Below are positions 1 to 12,226 of a stretch of 64,000 nucleotides of DNA, piece by piece; the stretch's first letter is position 1, and each line of letters opens with the position of its first letter. The stretch covers positions 3,906,001-3,970,000 of the forward strand of contig OX597827.1 of NCBI GenBank assembly GCA_951406725.2. The letters run 5' to 3'. Origin of the DNA: Octopus vulgaris. Taxonomy: Eukaryota. The position numbers were made by a program, and so were the translations under genes. The notes below the pieces were generated by a model. That model made no database searches. It was not told the DNA's origin and was given only the letters and a program-made list of their open reading frames with translations.

Positions 1-755
1 TATCTGGGTGCATCTATTTTTCAGTGTGTGTGTGTTTTTGTGTGTGTATTTCTGTGAAATTTCTGTCCTCTCTTTCTTGTGTGTGCATGCATATGTTGTG
101 TACATGAACATTTTGTCTCTGTGTGCATGTTTATATCTGTGTATGTGTGTGTGCATATGCATCTGCATATCTGTATGTGTAATTGCCTGCTTATTTTGTG
201 TTTATTCATCAAGGTGCTCATGCGTATGTGTGTGTGGGTCTATATATATTTTCCAGCGTTTGCTTGTGTGTCTGTGTGTCTGTGTGTATGTATGTATGAG
301 TGTGGGTTAGTTTGTCTTTTTGTCAGTCTATTTTTCATTGTGGGCAATATTTGCTTGTTTCTTTGTGAGGGCATGTGTGTGCGTGTGTATATTTGTCTGT
401 CTATTTGTTGGTCTATATTTCAGAGCGAACATGCATGTGTGTGTATTTTGTTCATATATTGATACCCACCTTTTTTTTATTAGTATTTGTATGTATTTAT
501 GTATGTGTAGGTGTGTGTTTGTTATCTTCAGTTTTCATTTTGTTCTCTGAAGCATTTCGTTTTTATGTGCAATGGTCAGCAATGTTGCTATTTGAAGTAC
601 TTGAGTCTTTCATATTTCTAATCATAACTACAATATTTAACTGTTGAACTTTAGTCTTACATATTAGTCATTACAAAATATTTAACTGTTGCACTTCAGT
701 CTATCATTACTAGTCATAACTACAACATTTAACTGTTGTACTTCAGTCTATCATA

Positions 756-1026
756 AAATAAAAAAATAAATGCGCCCTTTTAAAGCCTAGCCAGGCTCAT
801 GGGCCCAGTTTCCCAGTTTCTATGGCGTATGTGTTCCCCAGCTGGACGGGACGCCAGTCCATCACAGCATTACTCATTTTTGCCAGCTGAGTGGACTGGA
901 GCAATGTGAAATGAAGTGTCTTGCTCAAGAACACAATGCATCTCCCAGTCCAGGAATCGAAACCACAATCTTATGATCATGTGATCATGATGCTGACACC
1001 CTAACCACTAAGCCACGTGCCTCCAC
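756..1026 (-). mobile_element. tRNA-derived SINE with 13-bp TSD
   Basis: Minus-strand head GTGGAGGCACGTGGCTTAGTGGTTAGGG (A box) and GGTTTCGATTCC (B box); TSD TCAGTCTATCATA at 743-755 and 1027-1039. Confidence 0.85.
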
Positions 1027-1131
1027 TCAGTCTATCATATTGGTTTCAAATTTTGGCTCAAGGCCAGCAATTTTGGAGTGGAGCTTAAGTCAATTCCATT
1101 GACCCCAGTAATCAACTGGTACTTATTTTAT

Positions 1132-2837
1132 GACGGCGAGCTGGCAGGACGGCGAGCTGGCAGGACGGCGAGCTGGCAGGACGGCGAGCTGGCAGGATGG
1201 CGAGCTAGCAGAAAGGTTAGCACACCGGGCGAAATGCTTAGCGGTATTTCGTCTGCCGTTACACTGTGAGTTTAAATTCCGCCGAGGTCGACTTTACCTT
1301 TCATCCTTTCGGGGTCGATAAATAAAGTACCAGTTACGCACTGGGGTCGATGTAATCGACTTAATAATAATAATAATAATAATAATTGTGTACAGTGCTC
1401 AGGTGCACTACAACTCATCTAAAGTGTATATATAATCAGGTGTAGTTTCGGCGGATTTCGGAAAGCATGAGGGCCTTAAAAGATGCAGTGTCATGGCAGT
1501 CAACAACTGACGCAGGCAGTTTATTCCATGCTTCAGCAACTCTGAGCGTGAAAAAATGTTTCCGAAAGTCATGGGAGCTGTATTGTTTTCTGACTTTGTA
1601 GGCATGTCCACGTGTGTTAGACACATGGAGATCAAAAGGTGTTCAGTGTTGTTGTTGGTGAGGTGGTTGATAACTTTGTGGGTGTTTACCAAGTCCGTCG
1701 CCAAACGCCGGAGCTTCAGTGAATCCATGCCCAGGGAAACAAGGCGCTCAGAATATGGTAGGTGTCTGATGGAGGGTACGCGTTTGGTTGCACGTCTCTG
1801 GACAGATTCCAGGAGGTCAATGTTCTGTGCAAGATAGGGGTTCCAAACTGATGATGCGAATTCCAAGTGTGGTCGTACCATAGCTGTATACAGTTTTAAA
1901 TAGATGGCTGGAGAGCGGCTAACAAAAGACCTGCTGAGTGATGCCAAGACACCCTCGGCCTTCTTGACAATCTTAGAGATATGCTTTGACCAACGCAAAT
2001 CACTGCTGACAGTGATGCCTAGGTCACGCTCACAAGAGGATTTCTTGATATCAGTGTTGTGGAGGGAGTATGTGAACGCAGGGTTTTTTCTCCCAAAATG
2101 CATGGTGGTACACTTGTCCACAGCCAGTTTCAGTTGCCAGTCTGTGATCCATTGCTGCATTGTGTCTAGGTCTGATTGCAGGAAAGAGTTGTAGACATCA
2201 GGATCTGTCCTCTTGATTTCAAGGTACAGCTTGATGTCGTCTGCATATTTCAATACTGTGGCATTCTTTAAATTGGCATCTATGTCGTTAATGTATGCCA
2301 CAAACAAGAGGGGACCAAGGACAGATCCCTGTGGTACACCCGATGACATCTCATATGGTGTAGAGTGCTGTCCTAGAACTGTGACTACCTCCTTTCGGCT
2401 GAGGATGAAGGATTTCAACCAGTTAAAAAGGTCATCCCCACACCCATTGCAGAGAGTTTCACCATAAGCCTTTTGTGTGGCACAGAGTTGAAAGCCTTAG
2501 CAAAGTCAAGGTAGACAACATCCACCCATGAGCCACTGTCAGTAATCTGAGTAATGTCCTCAAGGAACTCGACAAGCTGGTCACTGCAGCTGGAGTTAGG
2601 GACAAATCCATATTGTGAGGGTCGGATGAGACTGTGAGAGCTCCAGAAGTTCCAGAGTGTTTCTCTGACACACGATTCCATCAGTTTTGCAATACAGCTA
2701 GTGAGACTGACTGGGCGATAGTTGACAGGTGATGTGCGGTCGCCCTTTTTGAACAGAGGAATGACACTGGCAGTTTTCCACTGCCTGTCCTTGTTTGCCC
2801 CCTCTATGTTTAGCCCCTTGTGGGTAATAAAGAAATA
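1132..2837 (+). mobile_element. Young Meta-domain-like tRNA SINE (1132-1362 and 2785-2837) interrupted by a LINE
   Basis: Colinear with uninterrupted copy at 51153-51383; 14-bp TSD GGTACTTATTTTAT at 1118-1131 and 2838-2851. Confidence 0.85.
1362..2786 (-). mobile_element. 5'-truncated CR1/L2-clade LINE, reverse transcriptase region with frameshifts and (ATT)n tail
   Basis: WKTASVIPLFKKG..NYRPVSLTS, QYGF, YLDFAKAFNSVPH, GVPQGSVLGPLLF, YADD, VRPHLEFASSVWNP, TRGH in ORFs 2415-2681, 1408-2418, 1436-1624; (TAA)n at 1362-1386. Confidence 0.95.
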
Positions 2838-3589
2838 GGTACTTATTTTATTGACGGTGAAAGGATGAAAGGCAAAGTTGACCCTGGAGGAAGTTGGACT
2901 CAGAATGTAAAGATGGATGAAATGCTGCTAAACACTTTGCCCAAGATGCTAAGGATTCTGCAAGCTCAGTGTCTTACTTCAGTTTATCAAATTATTATAA
3001 TCATAGCTACAATATTTAACTACTCTACTTCAGTCATATACATTACAAACTGTAATCCAATCACTATTGTATTTCACTTATTCATATGACTAGTTAGAAG
3101 ACAATAACTGTTGCACTTCGAATTTTTATATTATTAGTCATTACAATATTTAACTGTTTTACTTCAGTCTTTCATATTGTAAACCATAACACAAATGTTT
3201 AACTGCTGAACTTCAATCTTTTATAAGTCATACCGCATAGCAAATATTTAGCTGTTGTCTGTCTTATTATATTAACCTTATCACAATATTTAACTGTTCT
3301 AACACAATCTATCACATAGTCAGGTTCTTCCCAACAAATCTCTCCAATCTGCCGTATTTTTTATTCTTATTGTTTTGCTATTCTTTTTTTTGGTTTTTCT
3401 TTTAGGTTTGTGTTTGCTTTTTCAACTTTTCTCCTAACTCCATTTCCTTTTAATTCTGATCTTCATTTTTTCTCTTTGTCTTTCTTTCCATCAGTTTGTC
3501 ATTCTTTCTCCTTGTTTTTTGTTTTTTTCTCAATACACACTCATACATACACACACATCTCTATGCAAGCACACATATATGCATATATA

Positions 3590-3742
3590 CAATGGTCTTT
3601 CAGTTTCTGTCTACCTACCAAATCCACTTAAAAGCCTTTGGTCAGCACAGAGCTTTAGAAAACACTAACCCAAGATGCCATAACTGAAACAATGTGGTTA
3701 GGAAGCAAAAAACCAATCTAACCACATGCCCATGCCTGCACC
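3590..3742 (-). mobile_element. Decayed 5' part of the abundant tRNA SINE family (cf. 20811-21226)
   Basis: Reverse complement of CAAAGCCTTGTGAGTGGATTTGGTAG core. Confidence 0.6.
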
Positions 3743-3769
3743 TCACATTTATATATGTGTGTGTAAATG

Positions 3770-3804
<35 letters not shown>

Positions 3805-3808
<4 letters not shown>

Positions 3809-4045
3809 CGTAAAATGCACCAATCCAATTGTGGCCGTTGCCAGCTTTGCCTGGCACCTGTGCAGGTGGCACGTAAAAAGCACCCACTGCACTCATGGAG
3901 TGGTTGACGTTAGGAAGGGCATCCAGCTGTAGAAACACTGCCAGATCAGACTGGAGCCTGGTGCAACCTTCTGGCTTCCCAGATCCCCGGTCGAACCGTC
4001 CAACCCATGCTAGCATGGAGAACGGACATTAAACGATGATGATGA

Positions 4046-4048
<3 letters not shown>
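3805..4048 (+). mobile_element. RTE-type 3' end / RTE-dependent SINE with (GAT)n tail
   Basis: GGCACGTAAAAAGCACCCACT..TTAGGAAGGGCATCCAGCTGTAGAAAC..CCAACCCATGCTAGCATGGA..(GAT)n; same sequence follows RTE coding sequence at 44301-44967. Confidence 0.8.
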
Positions 4049-4076
<28 letters not shown>

Positions 4077-4204
4077 CTAAAATAGTAAGCAAATCAATAC
4101 ATGCACATGTATGAGTGTGTGTGTGTGTGCAGCTTTCATTGGCCTTTATTCATCTTAATTCACACACACACACATACATCTATATATATCTATCCACAAA
4201 GTTG

Positions 4205-4345
4205 TACCACAGGGTTACCAGGGTAAGACCAGGTTGGGAAATGTGCAATGAGCTTCTACTACCGATGTCAAGAAAAACCTTTTCCTTAAGAGTGAAGGGC
4301 AGACTCTCTAATGGTTGTGTTAGAACTGCGATATTGAATGCTGGT
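4205..4345 (+). mobile_element. Decayed RTE LINE coding fragment
   Basis: RVRPGWEMCNELL..FSLRVKGRLSNGCVRTAILNAG resembles the RTE thumb region (R...W..F..L...KGRLY...VR...L.G.E.W). Confidence 0.7.
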
Positions 4346-4712
4346 ATAATTATTACCATATCACAACCAAATCAAGCTGAAACTTAACAAGAGGGATTCG
4401 GGGATGAGGATACAGCCATAATCATAGAGAAGACTTAAATGTCTTGCTTCTTGCTGTAATGCAACTCATAGAGAGATATTAACTCATTTCCTTGGACAGT
4501 CAATTAATGTTTGACAGGCCCATCTGCCTACGACATATTGCATTCTACATGTGTGTGTGTGTGTATGCATGTGTACATATATATATTAACACCAGTATAT
4601 TAATGTATATCTCCTTGATTTGAAACAAGTTTCATAACTGCCAACACACAAAACCCTCAAACCATAAGTCACTCTGTAACTTCAGCTGGTTATTAATAAA
4701 ATAAATGTATAA

Positions 4713-4760
<48 letters not shown>

Positions 4761-5049
4761 GTTTGTTTTCCACCTGCCTTCGTCTTTTGTTTATTTTCAT
4801 AAAGCTTCCCGTTATATATATATATGTATGTATGTATGTATGTATTACATTTATATTATATGATATGATATCATATTATATTACACACACACACAGAGTA
4901 TATGTATATATTATATGCATTTATTATATACATATATAATATGTATATTATATATATATATGTATGTACATATATACTTATACACTTGCACATGCACATT
5001 TACACACACAACATATATATCCGTATATATATATGTATATAAATATATG

Positions 5050-5087
<38 letters not shown>

Positions 5088-5303
5088 TACATATATATAT
5101 ACCTTCACACATACATATGGCTATATATATATTCGTGTATATGCATGTATGTATATACATATATGTATACATTTCTGTTCATCTCTTCACATTTGTGAAG
5201 GACTGTGTTTGCATCTCTGTACCTGCGTATGATGTGTCTGTATCGACTGCATCAATCAGTCTGTGTGTGTGAGAGAATTATATTAAATTAATGTTGATTT
5301 CAG

Positions 5304-5388
5304 ATTCTTGACAAATAACGAAGACCGACCACGCTTCATATCTGCTGCTGCCTTATGTCTGTCTCACCAGGGATGGGAAGAAGATTAA
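5304..5388 (+). CDS. Candidate terminal coding exon of an unidentified host gene (xFLTNNEDRPRFISAAALCLSHQGWEED*)
   Basis: Acceptor TGTTGATTTCAG at 5292-5303; open frame to TAA 5386-5388; non-repetitive, more GC/CpG-rich than flanks. Confidence 0.4.
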
Positions 5389-5833
5389 GATAAATATAAG
5401 ATACTATAAATCTATTTTGTACATGTCTATGGGTCACAGACATGAAAAAATGTACCAGTTATTGAGAAAATAAGAGTTGACACGTTCAAGGATACAGAGA
5501 CTTTAATAATCACACGCAGTCCACTGTTTGCTATTTTGATTGGCATTTCATATCTGTTGTTGTTAATTCTATGCTGGACATTTTGTTATGAGTCTATAAG
5601 ATGATAATAACTTTGTCCTTACGCTCCATACTTTGCTTTCCTAGACGGTTGTGTGTCTCTCTTTCTCCATCTCTTCCCCTCTCCTTCTCTCTCTCTTTTT
5701 CTCTGTCTGTCTGTCTCTCTCTTTCTCTTTCCCCCTCTCTCTCTTCTTGCTCTGTTATTTCAGCCATGTCTGATGATTGTTGATTTTATTTCTCCATTTT
5801 GGGCACATATCAAGCTATATATATAATATTAAT

Positions 5834-5888
<55 letters not shown>

Positions 5889-5923
5889 CTATCTATATAT
5901 ATCTATCTATATATATATACCTA

Positions 5924-6020
<97 letters not shown>

Positions 6021-6689
6021 TATATTAATTATATAAATATATATAGATATAGATAGATAGATAAGAGACAGCAAAACAGGGGGGAGATATAAATACACAT
6101 ACAAATGTATATATACATATATATGTGTGCATATATGTACACATACATACACACATGCACACACATACACATGCACATACATACATTCATTCATTTATGT
6201 GTGTGTGTGTGTGCGTGCGTGTGCATGTGTGTGTGTGTGTGTGTGATGAAAGGGGTTCTATTAAGGTTTGAGGCATATCAAAGTGAAGCAGGCTACAGTT
6301 TCTGGCTAGACAGAACAACACAAATCAGTCAGTTAAGTAATCCATTATCATAGCACAGAATGCATCAATGAAAAAGAAGTTTTCTGTTGTTTGATAATCT
6401 GCAATTCCAATAGAATCCGAAAGTATCCAGACATGAATAGAATCTTAAGTGTGGCATAAAAACATAATAAAACAGACAAATGAGTTATCTGGCTCTGCCA
6501 CAACTCTTACATTAAGAGCCCTTATTGTGCCATGAATATAGTAGTCAGGTATAGTCTCGCATGTGTACACACAACATCCATAAGATTATGTAATACAGTA
6601 CACAACTCTCAACTCATCAGGCATACCATATATACGAGCAAGCAGTGACTTGCTGATTAACAGTGACTGCTAGCTTCAAAAGTTTTTTT

Positions 6690-6843
6690 TAATTCTCTCT
6701 CTGTATATTTCTTCGTGTTCCTTTCTGTTGAAGAGCATAGGCTCAAAATGTAAAAGACTTTCTCACCTTCCCGAGTATTAAACTAATACACATGTATGTT
6801 GTTTATACACCTGTCTTCGTCTTTTGTTTTTCTGTAAATTTCA

Positions 6844-6850
<7 letters not shown>
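6690..6850 (+). mobile_element. PLE-like terminal fragment with degenerate minimal hammerhead motif (6721-6756)
   Basis: CTTT-CTGTTGA-A-GAGC ATAG GCTC-AAAA-TG-TA-AAAG: stems I and II pair, core mutated; ends in (TA)n; related 3' tail at ~4762-4812. Confidence 0.55.
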
Positions 6851-6922
<72 letters not shown>

Positions 6923-7391
6923 GTATATATAAACATATTATTGACATAAGAATTTATAAACTATAACTAATGCCATGTAGTAGTTGACATGATAAGAGAT
7001 GTGGGTTCATGTTTAGCGGGCAGCCTTCAACTTTTCTTTCCAAAAGGGGATTTCAATGACATTTACATGCTGTTATCTGTAGGTGTGTATGTTTTGAAAT
7101 CCAGTTCAATGACCTTCTTTCAGTTAAAGTCTACCAAATTCACTCACAAGCATTTGGTCAGTCTGAGACAATAGTAGAACACACTTGTCACAAGGTATGA
7201 AAGAGCAGGGCTGAACCTGGAACCATGTGCTTTGGAAGCAAAATTCAAACCATAATAAATGTGTGTGTGTTGAGAGAGAAAGAGAAAAAGAATTTACAAA
7301 TGTAAACTCTACTGAAATAAAAGAAATATGTACAAGTATTAAAAGGATAAAATGTAGGAAAATGTATAATCAAAAGGATTAAGAATTAAAT

Positions 7392-7439
<48 letters not shown>

Positions 7440-7447
7440 TGTGTGTG

Positions 7448-7480
<33 letters not shown>

Positions 7481-7530
7481 TTGTGTGTGTGTGAATGTGT
7501 GTGTATATGTGTATGTACGTGTGTATTCCA

Positions 7531-7585
<55 letters not shown>

Positions 7586-7699
7586 ATATATATATATGTA
7601 TATATATATGCATGTGTACAGGCATATATATATATATATATATATGCATGTGTATAGGCATATATATAGACACACACACAAATAATCAAAAGAGTAATA

Positions 7700-7753
<54 letters not shown>

Positions 7754-7885
7754 TATGTATCTCTCATAAACATTTTATGAAAACTTTATGAAACATTTTT
7801 GTGTTTTTTTGTTTCTTCTGTTTTTGCAACGTGGCATCAGTAAAACATCATGAACAAGATTGCCTTTACATCAGAGCAGTTAAGA

Positions 7886-7985
7886 CTACCTTAAGTGCAT
7901 TGCGGCATTGTTATAGAGATTACACATGATTGCACCTTCAAGAGATGGAATAATGTCTTGTTGCAATTCTTCAGGTAACAAGTAA
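7886..7985 (-). CDS. Candidate last exon A (xYLLPEELQQDIIPSLEGAIMCNLYNNAAMHLR*)
   Basis: Acceptor ..ATCGTCATCACAG; 1 nt plus 33 codons to TAG; shares ACAG|TTACT start and CNLYxN with candidate exon B. Confidence 0.4.
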
Positions 7986-8219
7986 CTGTGATGACGATAA
8001 TGGCGACGATATGATGAATGCTGATGATGATGATGATAAAGAAGGTGATGACGATGGTGATGATTATGATGATAGTGAGGATGATAATGATTACGATTCT
8101 GAATTATGATGATAATAATATATGACTAATACCACTAATAAACAATGAAGATGCTGCTGGTTATTCTGATGATGGTGAAGGTCCTGAAGTGGGTGGGGAA
8201 TATAATGACACTAATAATA

Positions 8220-8259
<40 letters not shown>

Positions 8260-8497
8260 CTACAACAACAACAGCAGTAATCATATAAATCATATTAAAA
8301 TGGATTTGTGAAAAGGAATGAACATTAATGATTTTAAATATGTTCTAATTTTTTTTCAAACAATAAATGAATTCTACCTTAAAAGATGCTTCCGACATCC
8401 ATTTATAGCTATATGCCATTTTAAATGATGCATCATTTAAATGTTGCAGTGATGGGTGAGTGTACATACATTCACACATACTCACACACAGCCATGT

Positions 8498-8535
<38 letters not shown>

Positions 8536-8717
8536 GCATACAAATACACACACATGCACACACACACACATATTTATAGCAGTTATGAGAGGAGTTGCAG
8601 TATTGGTTCCTACTCTCTGCCCTCTGAGTTCAAATACTTCCCAGAGCAGGTCGACATTATCTTGCGCGTATATATATATGTATACATACACACATATATA
8701 TATATGCACATACATAT

Positions 8718-8756
<39 letters not shown>

Positions 8757-8805
8757 TACAGACACGCACACACATATATATATATACATATACATATACA
8801 TATGC

Positions 8806-8856
<51 letters not shown>

Positions 8857-8889
8857 CACATATACATACATACATACATATATTTATAT

Positions 8890-9749
8890 AAAAGGTGCGG
8901 TGAATAAATTGTCGTCTAAATTACACGAAAATGAACATAACTCTGACATCTCATTTTAACAGATATATTTACCAAAATTGCATAAAAATATCTTGAAATA
9001 CTAAAGAGTAAATTCATTCAATAAAATCGCCATTGGCTCCAACCATTGGTCTCCAGATGACTTTGGAATCTCCTGCAACTCTTCTGGCTGGTCTCCTTGT
9101 TTAAGTTGGTGAATGCTGCCATAATCCTTGCCTTCAGTACCAGTTTTGTTGGTCTCTCGCTCAACTGTGCCCTACATAATAATGAAAGGAATTGTAGTCT
9201 GAGAAGTTAGGTGGCCAGATGTTAGGGGTGATGTGGTTGCAGAAATTGTCTGACAGCCATGACTGGGTTCTCCTGTTTGTGTGGCATGGTGCAGAGTCTT
9301 GTTGCTAGACAGAAGTTGTTCCAGCAGCCACTCACTTGACCCAGGGCAGCACTACCTCCTCCATACATTTGATGTAGGTCTCCATGTTAAGTCTGAGGCC
9401 GTGTGGGAAGATGAATGGAGGCATAATGTCATCATTACTAGTGATCACTCAAACACCTTCGTAAGCACCATTAGACTCATCTAACTCTTTCTCAATCCTC
9501 TGTACTGTCCTCAGAACGACACCTAAACACTCTGAAGTGTTCGTATTAGACCCTCCAGTGTGAATGCAATGCAGTACAGTATGTCGTTTCCAAATTTCTG
9601 GCAGAGTGAATTGTGTCATGGTGCTGTTTTTCTCACAAACGGTACCTGACTGACTCTACTGTGGAGTTGATAAAATCTCAAACAAACAATGCACATGCAC
9701 GAAATTAAACATATAAAATGGCAATAATCTACCCATTGCACCCCCTGTA
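8890..9749 (-). mobile_element. Decayed, internally deleted Tc1/mariner-superfamily DNA transposon
   Basis: Minus-strand QQDSAPCHTNRRTQSWLSDNFCNHITPNIWPPNFSDYN (decayed WPPNSPDxNP); degenerate inverted ends AGGTGCGGTGAATAAATTGTC / GGCAATAATCTACCCATTGCACCCCCTGTA in TA context. Confidence 0.8.
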
Positions 9750-9769
9750 TGTGTGTGTGTGTGTGTGTC

Positions 9770-9972
9770 ATTGCCAGTACTGCCTGACTGGCCGCCGTGC
9801 CAGTGGCACGTAAAAGCACCCACTACACTCTTGGAGAGGTTGGCTTTAGGAAACTCTGCCAGATCAAGACTGGAGCCTGGTGCAGCCATCTGGTTCGCCA
9901 GCCCACAGTCAAACCGTCCAACCCATGCTAGCATGGAAAGTGAACATTAAACGACGATGATGATGATGATGA
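9770..9972 (+). mobile_element. RTE-type 3' end SINE with (GAT)n tail
   Basis: Same family as 3805-4048. Confidence 0.8.
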
Positions 9973-10142
9973 GATATGTGTGTGTGTATAAATTTGAGTG
10001 ATGTTTCTCTGTCCGTTACATTTTTATGTTCATCAACTCCTCCTGGATTGTCGGTGCAAGGACAATGAAACCCGAACCAGCAACTCCCCTAATCCCAGGA
10101 GAAATCTGGATGGTTTTATATTTACAGATATTTATTAATATG

Positions 10143-10230
10143 TCACATGTTTTTATATAGATTACACTGTAAAATGTCATCATTACAAAACAATACCTGC
10201 CTTTGGTATCTAGTTGACACCTGGCAGTAA
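10143..10230 (-). CDS. Candidate last exon B (xYCQVSTRYQRQVLFCNDDILQCNLYKNM*)
   Basis: Strong acceptor TTTTCTTTGATATTGCTTTATTTAACAG; same phase as exon A; 1 nt plus 29 codons to TGA. Confidence 0.35.
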
Positions 10231-10337
10231 CTGTTAAATAAAGCAATATCAAAGAAAAATACCAATAATAATAATAATAATAATAATAATTATAATAATA
10301 ATAATAATAATTATAATAATAATAATAATAATAATAA

Positions 10338-10930
10338 TGCCCTGATGCAGTACCATTGCCCTGATGCAGTACCGTGCCCTGATGCAGTACTAGGCAGTGG
10401 CTCTCATGGCTTCTGATCTTAACTGATTGGAAGTGTTATCATGTACATTGTTTTGTCTTGGTATAAAAGATGGGCTACAGCAAATATTCTGCTCAATACC
10501 ACAGATTTGCTTGTCGGTTGTTTGACCTTAACCAGTTGAGCATGACCCTTAGTAGCTGACGATATGTGCATCTCTGACCACGAGCAGAAGTAGTGGGGGA
10601 GCATCATAGCCATGTGTCGAAAGGTATTCCTGGAGGTTTGGATAATTCACCCTTGGAAACATAGGTGCTTCACTCATCATCCTTAAACAACCCTTATTCA
10701 GAGACCTTTTGATTGGGATGAGCTACTCAACATGAAGAAAATTCTAACTGGGCCCCACCTGCAAGGTCATGTGCTGTTTGTCTTGATATGAGATCACCAT
10801 GTCGCGCACATATGGTTGTGATGCATGTGCCTAGTGTACCCTTATCAGACGGGTAGTCATGATGGGTATACTGGGCTTCGTATATTTTACCCCAGTGTCA
10901 CTTTGATGGCATGAACTGCTCTCTCACTCA
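10338..10930. mobile_element. ~600 bp interspersed repeat inserted in (AAT)n, with triplicated left end
   Basis: Flanked by (AAT)n on both sides (10264-10338, 10930-10956); TGCCCTGATGCAGTAC three times at 10338-10391. Confidence 0.6.
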
Positions 10931-11210
10931 ATAATAATAATAATAATAATAATAATTGTTCCAGATTTATGCCCTAGGCCAGTAGTTTTTGAAGAGAAGA
11001 GTTAGTTGATATGAATTCCAGCATTTTGCTCATACTTAATTTTATTATTCTCAAAAATGATGAAAGACAAAGTTGACCCCAACAGAACTTGAACTTGGAA
11101 ACTAAAGATTCAGAATGACACTAAAAACTTCTCACTGAAATATATATATGCAAATTCTAGGTATGTATGTATGTATGTATGTATGTAGGTATGTATGTAT
11201 GTATGTATGT

Positions 11211-11400
11211 ATCGACATGCAAAGGTACATGAAGCCCAGTTACAACTACAGCCGGCTATTACCGGTAAAGGTTTTAGTTGCCAATTTTGTACAAGACATT
11301 GTAGATCTTCAGCTGAGCTAAAAAGTCACATTCGATCACAGCACCAGTCACAGTTAAGCTTCGTGCAATGGCCATACTCGATAAGGAGGGGGCAGCCATA
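11211..11400 (+). mobile_element. RTE LINE 3' end with C-terminal C2H2 finger, inserted in (TATG)n
   Basis: FSCQFCTRHCRSSAELKSHIRSQH followed by a short 3' end GGCCATACTCGATAAGGAGGGGGCAGCC. Confidence 0.65.
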
Positions 11401-11442
11401 ATGTATGCATGTATGTATGTATGTACATACGTATATATAATT

Positions 11443-11484
<42 letters not shown>

Positions 11485-11994
11485 GATATACAAAATAAGT
11501 GTTTATTCATTCCATCTTAATATATTTGTGTGTGTGTTTGAAATTGCTGAATTTAGCCAAATTGGTATGGGTAAATGGCTTCAAGTTGAAGATATGATTT
11601 TGATGTGGACCAGTTGAAGCATGAGTTGCCAGTTGATGGAAATTATTCTATAAAGGCATTTAGTCAGTGGACCATAAACAAGGTGGAAATATATTATAAT
11701 TTGTAAGTAAGTATGTGTTGTGTGTTTGTGTTGTGTGTGTGTGTGTGGGGGGGTGATATTGATGTAGTGGTAAGCTGCTGGGAAATGAAACTTTGAGTTA
11801 TTGGAGTTGTTTTCACTGGGGAAAAAGTCATGAATGCCACAACATCACACCTTTTGAAATCCTCGAAAATCTCTTACTTATGGAAGATTGCCATGTTGTT
11901 GTTGTTGTTGCTGGTGGTGGTGGTGGTGCTACTGCTGCTGTTGTTGCTGTCTAGCTGTAGGTCAGCACTGATTGAGTAGAACTATGATAAAGTT

Positions 11995-12168
11995 CATTAT
12001 TGACATTATTTACATTATTTACATTTGATGGATATTTGTCCTCATCTTGTTTGTTGTTAACATAACGTTCCAGCTGACATACCCTCCAGCCTTCTTCAGG
12101 TGTCTTGGGGAAATTTCGAACCTGGGTTCTCATTCTTAAAGTATTTTTCGCTGTTATTATTATTACTA

Positions 12169-12226
<58 letters not shown>

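Larger units (their letters stand above)
1040..2968 (-). mobile_element. Old Meta-domain-like SINE, split into 1040-1131 and 2838-2968 by a younger SINE
   Basis: GAAAGGATGAAAGGCAAAGTTGACC (reverse complement of the GCCTTTCATCCTTTC core) at ~2860; halves rejoin across duplicated GGTACTTATTTTAT. Confidence 0.7.
600..3310. repeat. Degenerate ~45-50 bp minisatellite (core ACAATATTTAACTGTTGNACTTCAGTCT), split by nested TE insertions
   Basis: Unit recurs at ~628, ~675, ~720 and again at ~3008-3300; the intervening 756-2970 is SINE/LINE sequence. Confidence 0.7.

Noticed and set aside
1132-1211. CRISPR-like array
   Set aside because: Head-to-tail repeats without spacers, eukaryotic context, derived from SINE head
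11195-11401. C2H2 zinc-finger ORF as a host transcription factor exon
   Set aside because: Single finger in a short insert within (TATG)n, no splice sites, matches the RTE C-terminal finger and 3' end layout
11592-11702. Plus-strand frame YDFDVDQLKHELPVDGNYSIKAFSQWTINKVEIYYNL ending at GTAAGT
   Set aside because: Good donor but no credible acceptor and an in-frame stop immediately upstream; no recognisable homology
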